Shown here one piece after another: positions 40,349 to 50,600 of a DNA stretch of 60,928 bases; the stretch's first letter is position 1, and each line of letters opens with the position of its first letter. The stretch lies in assembly GCA_027858435.1 (NCBI GenBank), contig JAQICS010000032.1, forward strand, positions 1 to 60,928, read 5' to 3'. The position numbers and the translations under genes are program-made. This DNA is from Patescibacteria group bacterium (GTDB lineage: Bacteria > Patescibacteriota > Patescibacteriia > Patescibacteriales > UBA12465). The notes beneath the pieces are model-generated. The model worked only from the letters and a program-made list of their open reading frames with translations, did not search any database and was not told the origin of the DNA.

Positions 40349-40918
40349 TTAAAAACATCTTAATTGTTTTTTATTATTACTTTTTTTTGGTTTAATTTTT
40401 GGAGATTTGTTTGTCTCCTCCATTTTTTTTCGGTATTTTGAAGTTATTGCTTCAAATACTCTATAAGAACCATCCGAAGGTCGCAAAAACAATAATTGAC
40501 GATAAATACTTTCTGCCTTTTTCTTGTTACTTTTCTTCACAAATTGCCGCAAGTTTCTTAATTTAACAGCAATTAAGCGATCACCACTTCCATTTTGTAT
40601 TATTTCCTTGCAAGAAGGATCATTACAACAAGAAAGATTTAATGTTAAAAAGCAACTATTTCTAAAAAGAAGAAATTTAACTGGCTTTTGATTACAAATT
40701 GGACACATGTGTTTAATATCCATATAATCTCCAGCAGTTAAAAGAAAATCAATGTGTTTAAGCATTGAATCTCCTTCTTTATGCGGTCTATCTTTAAGAG
40801 TAAAAAAAGCAGATGAATTGTTTAGAGCTAAATACTCCAAACTTTGCCCAGGATACCTTTTGGAATTCTTAAAGAAATATGGTTCACTCGGTATTGGATT
40901 AAAAGATTTTTCTGTCAT
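40349..40918 (-). CDS. Basic hypothetical protein with putative Zn site (orphan)
   Basis: CPIC ... CCNDPSC; own TTGACA-N17-TATACT promoter (40966-40994) and terminator (~40313-40342). Confidence 0.65.
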   Translation of the reverse strand: MTEKSFNPIPSEPYFFKNSKRYPGQSLEYLALNNSSAFFTLKDRPHKEGDSMLKHIDFLLTAGDYMDIKHMCPICNQKPVKFLLFRNSCFLTLNLSCCNDPSCKEIIQNGSGDRLIAVKLRNLRQFVKKSNKKKAESIYRQLLFLRPSDGSYRVFEAITSKYRKKMEETNKSPKIKPKKSNNKKQLRCF

Positions 40919-41172
40919 GATTATTTAGTTTTCAAGGTTCAACAATATTATCTTAACTATAAAAAAGTATACCATATGTATACTTTTTTGTCAATTTTAT
41001 TGTTCATTTTATTGTACATTGACAAAATAAATATAATATGTTATAGTTTATAATGTTAATTAGTTCTTTAATATAGGTATTTAGTTGGTAAATTTAATTA
41101 AGTTCTCCTAGTTTCTTTATGGAAATTAAGAGAACTTAATTAAAATTTTTTTAACAATTAAATACGATAAAA

Positions 41173-41730
41173 ATGAAAACAATCGAAATTAAAAGTACAT
41201 TTAAGGGTATGTATGCATCCTTGTTAAATTCTTTAATATGGGTAATTATTCCTATTTTTGGTGCCCTTAGTCTTAATTGGTGTTGTGATTATTTCAAATG
41301 GTCAGAAATCAGCTATGATTATGATTTAGTTGTAGTTTTAATGGTAATTGGCTATATTATTATGGCATTTATTGCGATTTGGTCATTGTATAATTTGTTA
41401 ATTACCGCTTTTTATGGACCGACCAATACTATGGTTTTCTACCTAGATGATCATGGAAAAATCACTAAAATTAGCGATACTTATTATGGATTCGTTAACA
41501 CAAAACAACACGAAGAAATAGTTTGTAATCGCATACTGAGCGTAGGTGTTTATACTCCTACAATAGGACCAATTTTTAATACTGGCACATTAACTATTAA
41601 TTTTGTCAGTTTTGCAAACGCTGACTATGTAGAAAAAAGCTGGATAATATCCGGTGTGAAATTTCCTGAGTATTTGAAAGAAAAAATTATTCAGGCTTCG
41701 CCGCTTCACGAAGGTTTAAAGATAGTATAA
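41173..41730 (+). CDS. Two-TM protein with bacterial PH-like domain (orphan)
   Basis: Two TMs, then RILSVGV..GPIFNTGTLTI..GVKFP as in bPH_2 proteins; own promoter (41019-41047) and terminator (41753-41778). Confidence 0.65.
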   Translation: MKTIEIKSTFKGMYASLLNSLIWVIIPIFGALSLNWCCDYFKWSEISYDYDLVVVLMVIGYIIMAFIAIWSLYNLLITAFYGPTNTMVFYLDDHGKITKISDTYYGFVNTKQHEEIVCNRILSVGVYTPTIGPIFNTGTLTINFVSFANADYVEKSWIISGVKFPEYLKEKIIQASPLHEGLKIV

Positions 41731-41938
41731 TCATATTAAACAAAAAGAGCTTAAAACGAGACAAAAGTCTCGTTTTTTATTTATCAAGAAAACCATATAT
41801 AAGTATATAGTAATTAATCCTGGGATTATCTAATTAAAAACAAGACTCAATTTTCTTAAGTTAAAGAATGTAGTATATTAAATAAACTAGTTGCAATTTG
41901 GTTTCTGCTATTATTTTTTTGTTATCTTATATTTATAT

Positions 41939-42295
41939 CTAGTTTATTTTCTTAAACTTAACATTAAAAATTGGCTCATACTCTACCTTGTTTTCATCCA
42001 CAATCTTTATATTTTCACCTTCTACTAAATTCTTTACCGCTATATCACTTAATAGCTGATTATCACCAGCAATATTTAACTTTAAACCCTCTAATTTATC
42101 AAACTCTTCTTTTAATTCTGATTTAATACCTTCTTCTATTTTTCTTTTCTTTAATTTCAAACTTTCTAACTCTTCTTTAATTTCTTGATATGAAGCATTG
42201 TTAACTAGAGCGTCTCTATACATCGCTTTAAGTTCCCTGCTTTCTTTTTTTCTTTCTTGAATACGTCTAAAGACATCTGGTAAAGATTGTGACAT
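41939..42295 (-). CDS. Hypothetical coiled-coil protein
   Basis: 118 aa ending YEPIFNVKFKK. Confidence 0.7.
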   Translation of the reverse strand: MSQSLPDVFRRIQERKKESRELKAMYRDALVNNASYQEIKEELESLKLKKRKIEEGIKSELKEEFDKLEGLKLNIAGDNQLLSDIAVKNLVEGENIKIVDENKVEYEPIFNVKFKKIN

Positions 42296-42374
42296 AATGT
42301 TTTTTTACTTAATTAATTATTTATAACTTAAACAGTATAACACAAAATTAAATAAGCAAAAATTTTATATTATT

Positions 42375-43514
42375 TTAATAATTTGAGCTAATAATGCCAC
42401 CACCTAAAACTTGTTTATCGTTATAAAAAACAGCACTTTGACCCGGTGTTACTGCTCTTTGCAGGCGTGCAAACTCTACTAAACAATTACCATTTTTTCC
42501 TGGATAGACATAGCAAGTTACCGCTTTGTGTCCATATCTAATTACCACGCTGCATTTTAATTTTCTTTTTAACTCTTTGCCAGATAACCAATTAACATTT
42601 TCAACTACAAATTTCTTGCTATACAAGCTAAGCTCATCCCACTTATTAACCACATACAAAATATTTTTGTCATAATCAAAACCAGAGACATAATATGGTC
42701 CAGTTCCACCTACTAATCCTCTTCTTTGCCCAATAGTGTAAAGTTGTAATCCTTGGTGCCTACCAATTATCTCAGCATTTTCTTTAAGTATAATATTTCC
42801 TGGCTTAAGACTGAGATATTTTTTTAAGAAATTATTATGATCACCACTTAAAAAGCAAATATCTTGACTCTCTGATTTAGAGGCAATACTTAAATTATAA
42901 TCACGAGCCATTTTCCTCACTTGAGGTTTTCTATACGATCCAAGGGGAAAAAGAAGATGATTTAACTCATCGGGGGTGAAAGTATAGAGAAAATATGATT
43001 GATCTTTCCTTTTATCTTTTCCTTTTACTAGTATTGTTTTTCCATTTTTTCTCTCAGTTGACAAATAGTGACCAGTGGCTAAATAATCATAGCCTAAAGA
43101 TCTGGCTTGTTTTAAAAGTTTGCCAATTTTAATCTTTCTATTACAAACCACGCAAGGATTTGGAGTTCTCCCACTATCATATTCTGATAGAAAATTATCA
43201 ACTACTTCTTTTTTAAACTCATTGGAATAATCAAAGGTATAAAGAGGGATGCCAATTTTAGCAGCGACTGCTTTAGCATCAAGAAGTGAGTCCAGTGAAC
43301 AGCAACTATTCTCAGAAGTGTTCCCTCCTTTTTCATCTTTCCAAAAATGAAGAAAAACACCGGCCACCTCATAACCCTCATCTTTTAATAAACAAGCCGC
43401 TACTGAAGAATCTACTCCACCTGACATAGCTACTAAAACCTTTTTCTTGATTTTCTTGTTTTTAGTTTCTTTTTTATTATTTATTTTTTTGTTTTCTATT
43501 TTATTACTTTTCAT
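42375..43514 (-). CDS. mnmA: tRNA 2-thiouridine synthase MnmA
   Basis: AMSGGVDS, TPNPCVVCN, KDQSYFL, SQDICF, YTIGQRRG, PGQSAVFY. Confidence 0.96.
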   Translation of the reverse strand: MKSNKIENKKINNKKETKNKKIKKKVLVAMSGGVDSSVAACLLKDEGYEVAGVFLHFWKDEKGGNTSENSCCSLDSLLDAKAVAAKIGIPLYTFDYSNEFKKEVVDNFLSEYDSGRTPNPCVVCNRKIKIGKLLKQARSLGYDYLATGHYLSTERKNGKTILVKGKDKRKDQSYFLYTFTPDELNHLLFPLGSYRKPQVRKMARDYNLSIASKSESQDICFLSGDHNNFLKKYLSLKPGNIILKENAEIIGRHQGLQLYTIGQRRGLVGGTGPYYVSGFDYDKNILYVVNKWDELSLYSKKFVVENVNWLSGKELKRKLKCSVVIRYGHKAVTCYVYPGKNGNCLVEFARLQRAVTPGQSAVFYNDKQVLGGGIISSNY

Positions 43515-44658
43515 CTTTTAAGCTCTTAAAAATTTGTAAATACTTATCAGCGGTTTTTTGCCAATTGAAAAATTGAGTTCTTTCCCTTCCTTTTTTAGAA
43601 AAATGATTATATAGTTCTTTATCATTTAACAGCTCTTCTAAAGCTGTAGCTATTTCTTTTGGGTCATAAGGGTTAACCATTAAAGCTCCATCGTTTACCA
43701 CCTCTGGTAGGCTGGAGACATTTGAAACAATAGTTGGCACGCCATAGGTCATAGCCTCAAGAGGTGGAAAACCAAATCCTTCATAAAAAGAAGGATAAAC
43801 AAATACTTCAGCTTCTTTATATAACACATCTTTATCCTTAGTTTCAATATAATCTAAAAAAATAATATCATCTCTATATTTAGAATTATTGTATTCTTTA
43901 AATATAGCCTTTGTTTTCCAACCCTTCCTACCAGCTAAAACCAATTTTAAACCACTTTCATTATCGTCTCGGTATATGTTATAGGCTTTAATTAAGTTTG
44001 AAATGTTTTTTCTGGGTTCAATTGTACCTAAATATAGGATATAGCTAAAAGACTTAGAGTTAAAATATTTATCTCTAAATATTTTTATTTCTTTCTCATT
44101 TATTTCTTTTTTTTCTAAATTATTGCCAGAATATATTACATCTGTTTTATCTTCATCAACTTCCATCAATTCTTCTATGTCATTTTTAGTATTTTCAGAT
44201 ACAGCAACTATCCTATCACTTTGCCTTATTATCTTTTTTACATTAAGTAGTTTATGCCACAAATTTTGACGAAAACTGAAATACTTAGGATATCTTAGAA
44301 AAGACAGGTCATGAATTGTTATTATTCTTTTAACATCACTAAAAGAGGTAAAGTTAAAATGTGGGGACCAAAAAACATCAACTCCGCCAATTAACTTATC
44401 AACTTTGGGATAAGAAAATATCTTTTGCAAAAAATAATTAAATAATTTATTAGAATATCTAGTGGAAATAATTTCTACATTATCTCTTTTCCATTTATCC
44501 ATTCTTTTTTTAATATTTAAACGACAGTTATAGAAAAGAATAAATTGATAATCACTAGGGGCTTGATTAAGTATTGCCTGTAATAAATTAGCGGTATATT
44601 CCGATACACCGCTATACTTTTCATCCATTAATACTCTTATATCTACCCCTATTTTCAT
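43504..44658 (-). CDS. Glycosyltransferase family 4
   Basis: TIHDL, GTIEPRKN, YPSFYEGFGFPPLEAM. Confidence 0.9.
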   Translation of the reverse strand: MKIGVDIRVLMDEKYSGVSEYTANLLQAILNQAPSDYQFILFYNCRLNIKKRMDKWKRDNVEIISTRYSNKLFNYFLQKIFSYPKVDKLIGGVDVFWSPHFNFTSFSDVKRIITIHDLSFLRYPKYFSFRQNLWHKLLNVKKIIRQSDRIVAVSENTKNDIEELMEVDEDKTDVIYSGNNLEKKEINEKEIKIFRDKYFNSKSFSYILYLGTIEPRKNISNLIKAYNIYRDDNESGLKLVLAGRKGWKTKAIFKEYNNSKYRDDIIFLDYIETKDKDVLYKEAEVFVYPSFYEGFGFPPLEAMTYGVPTIVSNVSSLPEVVNDGALMVNPYDPKEIATALEELLNDKELYNHFSKKGRERTQFFNWQKTADKYLQIFKSLKDEK

Positions 44659-45773
44659 ATATTATTATACTCAGCTTTTTTACGCTCAATAAAAGAATTT
44701 ATTTTTTTAGAGAAATTTTCAATTGAAAAATTTTCTGCATAAGCTTTAATTTCTTCTGGATTAAAATTATAACTAGAAAATTTCTCTATGGCTTTAGCCA
44801 CAGAATATGAGTTTTGATTGTCAAAGAAGTAGCCAGTTTTTCCCTCAATTACTGTTTCGGTTGCCCCACCTTTGCGATAGGCAATAACTGGACGACCAGA
44901 AGCCATAGACTCTACAACCGTAATACCAAAATCTTCTTCTTGAGGATTTAAAAAAGCTTGAGCCCTAGAAAAAAGTTTAGCTTTTTTTTCCTCTGACACT
45001 CTTCCTAAAAATTCTCTATTTTTAGATCCATTAGCAATTTTTTTAAGTCTTTTTAAGTCAACTCCATCGCCAAATATTTTTATCTTATAATCACTTCCTA
45101 GATTTTTAAAAGCTTCAACTAAAATATCAACTCTTTTATAGGGCGCTAATCTACAGCCAGCTAAAAAGAATTTTTCTTGCTCTTTATCTTTATTAATAAA
45201 AAATTTCTTTGTCTCAACGGGTGGATATATCACCTCTGACTCTCTACGATAATATTTAAAAATTCTTTTTTGAACAGTTTTTGAATTAGCAATGAAGTAA
45301 TCGACTCTGGTAGCAGCTGCTAAATCCCACAAACGTAAACGATTTAAAGTAATGGCAATAATTTTTTTAAACCACTTATTATACTTTAATTCATTAATAT
45401 ATTGATGAGTATCACTCCATAAATATCTAGTAGGGGTATGACAATAGCAAACATGAACTGTCTCTGGAGAAGTAATAACACCTTTGGCAAAAGAGCTAGT
45501 ATCAGATAAAACCAAGTCAAAGTTTCTTAAATCAAAAAACTCTACTGCCATTGGCATAAATGGTAGATACCATTGATAATGTTTTATCCCACCTGGTAGT
45601 TTTTGAATAACTGAGGTGTCTATTTTTTTGTCTTTAAAATACTTCTCAACATTTTTTTTATCATACAAAAGAGTATAAATTGGCGCATTACTAAACATAT
45701 CTGAAAAAACTTTCAGTACTTTTTCTGCTCCTCCATCTTGAGCTAAATGATCATGTATTAAAGCTACTTTCAT
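44655..45773 (-). CDS. Glycosyltransferase family 4
   Basis: ALIHDHL..GGAE, CHTPTRY, EEDFGITVVESMASG. Confidence 0.9.
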   Translation of the reverse strand: MKVALIHDHLAQDGGAEKVLKVFSDMFSNAPIYTLLYDKKNVEKYFKDKKIDTSVIQKLPGGIKHYQWYLPFMPMAVEFFDLRNFDLVLSDTSSFAKGVITSPETVHVCYCHTPTRYLWSDTHQYINELKYNKWFKKIIAITLNRLRLWDLAAATRVDYFIANSKTVQKRIFKYYRRESEVIYPPVETKKFFINKDKEQEKFFLAGCRLAPYKRVDILVEAFKNLGSDYKIKIFGDGVDLKRLKKIANGSKNREFLGRVSEEKKAKLFSRAQAFLNPQEEDFGITVVESMASGRPVIAYRKGGATETVIEGKTGYFFDNQNSYSVAKAIEKFSSYNFNPEEIKAYAENFSIENFSKKINSFIERKKAEYNNI

Positions 45774-45786
45774 AAATTATAAATAA

Positions 45787-47202
45787 TTATTCGACTTCAC
45801 GATGTTTAAAAACTGCTAGTGGTGTTCTAAATAAAATTGATATATCAAGCATCATTGTCCAGTTTTCAATATAATATACATCAAGCTTTACTTCTTCTTC
45901 AAAAGATAAATCACTTCTACCAGATACTTGAGCTAATCCGGTTATACCCGGCTTAACTGTTAAAGCTTTACGATGATAATTTTCATATTTTGCTACCTCT
46001 TCTGGTAAATGTGGTCGCGGCCCCACTAAACTCATTCTTCCAATTAAGACTAAAAATAATTCTGGCAATTCATCAATAGACCAACGTCTAATAATCTTTC
46101 CTACTCTGGTAACTCTAGGATCATCTTTTATTTTAACCATCGGACCATCAGAACGTAAATTCTTATCAGCTAACTCCGTATAACGAAGACTATCAGAATT
46201 AGGAATCATGGAACGAAATTTAAAATATTTAAATGGATGCCCCCCTTCACCAATTCTAGTAACAAATCCGCCATCATCACGACGAGTAAAAAAGATTGGC
46301 CCCTTAGAATCAAGTTTAATCGCTATTATGGTCAAAATAATAAGTGGTGAAAAGATAGTAATTAAAATAAAGGAAACTACTATATCAAAAATTCTTTTAA
46401 AGACCTTTCCCCAACCATCAAGCGTAGTTCTCTTTACTTCTACAATCGGAATACCGGCAATTTCAGACACTTCAGTTCTAAGCACTTTAACTTCTAATAA
46501 ATCAGCGACATATTTATACTTAATGTGATTATCATTTACAAAATCAAAAAGTCTTAAATTTTCTGCTTTAGTTAAATTAGGATCACTTTGAATAATTTCT
46601 TCAACTTGGTTTTCAGTAATAAAGTCTTGTAATTCTTGAGCAGTTTCAATAGAAAAATCCTTCACTCTCTTAACTATTTTAAATCCTAATTTATGATTTG
46701 TAGAAAACTCAGAAATTAAATTATCAGTAGTCTTAGAATTACCAACCAATATTACTGACTTTATACCAAAACCATAGCGTAATAAATATTTTTGCAGCCA
46801 TCTAACAAAAACGTGTCCTAGGCCAACATAAATAAAAGCAAAACCAAAAGCAGTTAATACGATAAAACGAGAGTCAAATAAATCTCTTAACATGAAGATT
46901 AAAATTGAAACCACTGCTAAACTAATTAAAGTTGCTGAGAATATCTTGCTAAACTCTTGTGCTAATTGCCTGGTATTTTTAATTTGATATAATCCAGATA
47001 AAAAGAAAACAAGTAAACAAAGACCAGCTACTAAATAAACAGAGTTTATATAGTTTTCATAAGGAAGTTCAAAAATAATTGGCCTAATCCCTGTCCACCA
47101 ATCAGAAAATCTTAGATGATAGGCTGAGATAGCTGCTAAAATCAACAAGACATAATCTAGAGGGATTAGAATTAAAGAAAATAACGATTCAGTTTTCTTC
47201 AT
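45787..47202 (-). CDS. Polyprenyl-phosphate sugar phosphotransferase (WcaJ/WbaP family)
   Basis: N-terminal TMs; KRIFD, KFRSM, DPRVT, DELP, MSLVGPRP, KPGITG. Confidence 0.92.
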   Translation of the reverse strand: MKKTESLFSLILIPLDYVLLILAAISAYHLRFSDWWTGIRPIIFELPYENYINSVYLVAGLCLLVFFLSGLYQIKNTRQLAQEFSKIFSATLISLAVVSILIFMLRDLFDSRFIVLTAFGFAFIYVGLGHVFVRWLQKYLLRYGFGIKSVILVGNSKTTDNLISEFSTNHKLGFKIVKRVKDFSIETAQELQDFITENQVEEIIQSDPNLTKAENLRLFDFVNDNHIKYKYVADLLEVKVLRTEVSEIAGIPIVEVKRTTLDGWGKVFKRIFDIVVSFILITIFSPLIILTIIAIKLDSKGPIFFTRRDDGGFVTRIGEGGHPFKYFKFRSMIPNSDSLRYTELADKNLRSDGPMVKIKDDPRVTRVGKIIRRWSIDELPELFLVLIGRMSLVGPRPHLPEEVAKYENYHRKALTVKPGITGLAQVSGRSDLSFEEEVKLDVYYIENWTMMLDISILFRTPLAVFKHREVE

Positions 47203-47230
47203 ATATATTAAGTAATAAATAATAAAACAA

Positions 47231-47586
47231 TTGAAACAGCCGTAAGCCGGATCCTGTTTTAGCGATCATTTATCTAAGGCTAGTTATTACTAACTAGCTC
47301 AAGCGAGTCACTTTTTCTTAACTCTTTTAAAGAATTAAGTTTACTCTTGCTTTAGGTAGGGTTTACCATGTCATCTCTGTTACCAGAGAGCAAAGTTAGT
47401 AGCCATGAAGACATCTAACTTCTTTTCACCTTTCTCCACAAAAGTGGATAGTATAGTCTCTGTGGCACTTTCCCTAGCTTAAAAAAGCCGGTGGGTGTTA
47501 CCCACTACCTTTTTTTCAAAGTCCGGACTTTCCTCTCTTTATAAGCTTAAAAAAACCACTAAAGAGCGATCGCCCACTTATTTCAA
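47231..47586 (-). ncRNA. rnpB: RNase P RNA
   Basis: GAGGAAAGTCCGG, AGTGCCACAG, GGTAAACCC, ACAGGATCCGGCTTA; promoter TTGATT-N17-TACTAT at 47597-47625. Confidence 0.95.
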
Positions 47587-47677
47587 TTGCTCTTTAATAG
47601 TACGATAATTAAGTAAAAAAATCAAGAAAAAACCACTTTTTAGTGGCTTTATTCTTTGTTAATTTGTTAATCTCCTC

Positions 47678-50600
47678 CTACTTCTCTGTAAATAAATAAG
47701 AAATATCGTTTTCCGTTAACAGACCAGAATATATTTTTAAATTATCAAGCAAAGCGGGATCACCGCGTGATTCGACTTTAATTAAGTTAAATTTTTCCTC
47801 ACCGGGACCATAAGGACTAAGTTCAATTTGGTTTTCTAAATTATTATCAACATATAATTTAAATTGGAAGTTTACTGAATCATAAGTTAATACTAAGTGA
47901 TGCCAATTAGAGTCATAGGGAAAGCCTTCATTTAAACCATTGGATATATAATGCCACATGTATTTCATGGTCATACTTCTTTCATAGCTATTTGCAAAAA
48001 ATGTAAACTTATCATTATCACCATATTCATTTCTATCACTTAAAGAAAATACTATTTGACCATCGTTGGGAAAAGAAGTGTTTTTCCACCACATAGAAAC
48101 ACTAAAATCTCGACTAGAAACATAATCTGGAAGCAAGGCACTACCAATATCGTTGCTTAGACTTAGCGCTTTATCACCATCTAAATCAACTATGCTATCT
48201 TCAGAAAAAACCATTTTTTGATTATGTAAACTATCAATTGAGCTAGTGGAAAGAGCATTATCAAAATTCCATTCATAGAGTGCTTGTAGTTCTAATGGCT
48301 CTCTTTTATTATCAAGTGGAAAAAATTGTTTATCATCTTCAATATAGTTATTTACTTCCTCTGCAGTTACAGCTCTTTGCCAAATAGCCAACTCATCAAA
48401 ATAGACTGAACTCTCACCACCGCTCAATGATATATTTTGAGCAGAAAATAAATTACTATCTTCGATATTTAATCTAAACAATTCTTCACCATCATTTAAT
48501 ATAATTAAAACATTTTCTTCCCTGTTAATTATTAAATTAAAATAATGCCAACTATTCATATACTCATAATCCTCCAAGACTGTGTCATTTTGAATTGGAA
48601 ATGATTCATCTCCCAAAACCCCACTTAAAAATAGGTCACCAGGCTCAAAACCTATACTTAAACTGTTATCCTCATTAGCTAGAGTTAAATTAATTAAAGG
48701 CCAACCATTTACGTAGCGGTAATAAAAAGATAGAGAAAAATTATTTAAATCAATGTTGTTTTCAAATTCTTCATAAAAACTACCCATGTACCTTCCTAGC
48801 TCTTTACCACAGCCCCATTTACCAATAATTGAATGACCATTATATAAAGAACAGTCATTAAAATGATTTAAATATTCTATATCATCACTTAAAATCGAAG
48901 TTTCAGGGTTATAAATATAATCAGTGCCAGCTTGATAGTTATCAACTATATTAGGAAAACTGGCTTCAACTTCATTGTCTCCCTCTAAATTATCATTTTC
49001 TTCCTCCTCCTCTTCTTCATTATTTTCTTCTTCATTACCTTCTTCTTCATTATTCTCTTCTTCCTCCTCTTCCTCTTCTTCATTATTCTCTTCATTGTTA
49101 GCATTATCTTCAGGTTCTTCAAGGTTAAAATATTCATATTTTGACTTTAGAAGATAATCATATGAATTTTCACTGGTATATGACTGACGGTATAAAATCA
49201 TATTTTCTCCTATTGAAGGAGCGGGGTTTTCTCCAGAAAAATATATAACTTCTTCACCAAAACCCACTAAATCAATTATATCTTCATCATCAGGACTAGA
49301 AATCGAATTAACTCCTAAATATATGCTTTGCTCAGAATTAGTGATAATAAAATTATCCCTTACCACAATTGCATCAGCAATTGACAATAAATAATCATCG
49401 GCCTCGTCTTTAACAATTAAATATGACTCTCCTTTTTTAACAATTGTCCCTCCCGGGTAGGCGGCATCTGTAATATCTCCAATTCTCACTAAAATTGAGG
49501 GGTTGGTAGCGCTTACTGCTTTTTCTAAGCGTATAGAAAATTTAGCTAAATCAATATCATAATTACTTCTATTTTGTAATTTTATGAAATCATTATTCTC
49601 TTCTGAGCCTATTGCTTGAATATATAATTTAGTAATTCCATTTTCAATAATTTCTAAATCTTCTTCCACTTCTTCATCTTCTTCCTCATTGTTATCACCA
49701 TCATCCTCCTCATAGTCTGAGCCAGGAATATCACTTTCATTTTCTTCTTGCCAGGCTTCCACTGCCTCTGGATCAGCGGAAAGCAGAAGATTAAAGTCTA
49801 ATGAGTTATCAAAATTATAGGAAATTCTATTTAAGAAATGATAATTAATAATTTCTGGCGCTGGCGCTTCTCCTAGAAAATATTTAGCCTCACTCCCATA
49901 ACCTACCAAATCAACAACATCTTCATCTTCATAAGAGCTAACGGCTCCGGTTGCTAAAAACAAGCTTTGTTTTTTATTATTTAAACTAAAATTAGATCGT
50001 GACACCAAAGCATCAGCTTTATCTTTATAATAATCACTAGCCTCGGCATTAACTATTAAATAATAACCCAAAGCTGGTATTATGGTGCCACCAGGATAAT
50101 TTGCGTCACCATCATCACCAATTCTAACTAAAATTGAAGGATTAGTGGCGGTTCTAGCTTTTTCTAGTCTATAATCTTCTTCTTTTAAATCAAGAGCAAA
50201 GTTATTTGGATTATATAATTCAATAAATTCATTATTATTCTCTGCGTATATTTTGCTAATATAAATGTTTTTATCTAAGTCCTCTTCCTCGCTTTCTATC
50301 TCACTTTCTATTTCACTAAGATAGTCTTTTTCTTCTGTTTCAATCTTACTTAAGCTTTTTTCTTTTGTATAATCTATTTCTAAAAAATCTTTAAAGAATT
50401 TTGAACTAGTACTAATATATTCTGTATCTAAACTATTCTCTTCTACATAAACTTCTTCGTTTACACTATTATCATCTGATTTGTTTAGCTCTTTATCATT
50501 ATCATTGCTTTCCTGACTATCATCTTTTTTTCTTTCAGTTTCTTGAATTACTTCCTCATAATTTAGGCTTATCTTTTTTGCTTTATCTACTTCTTTAATT

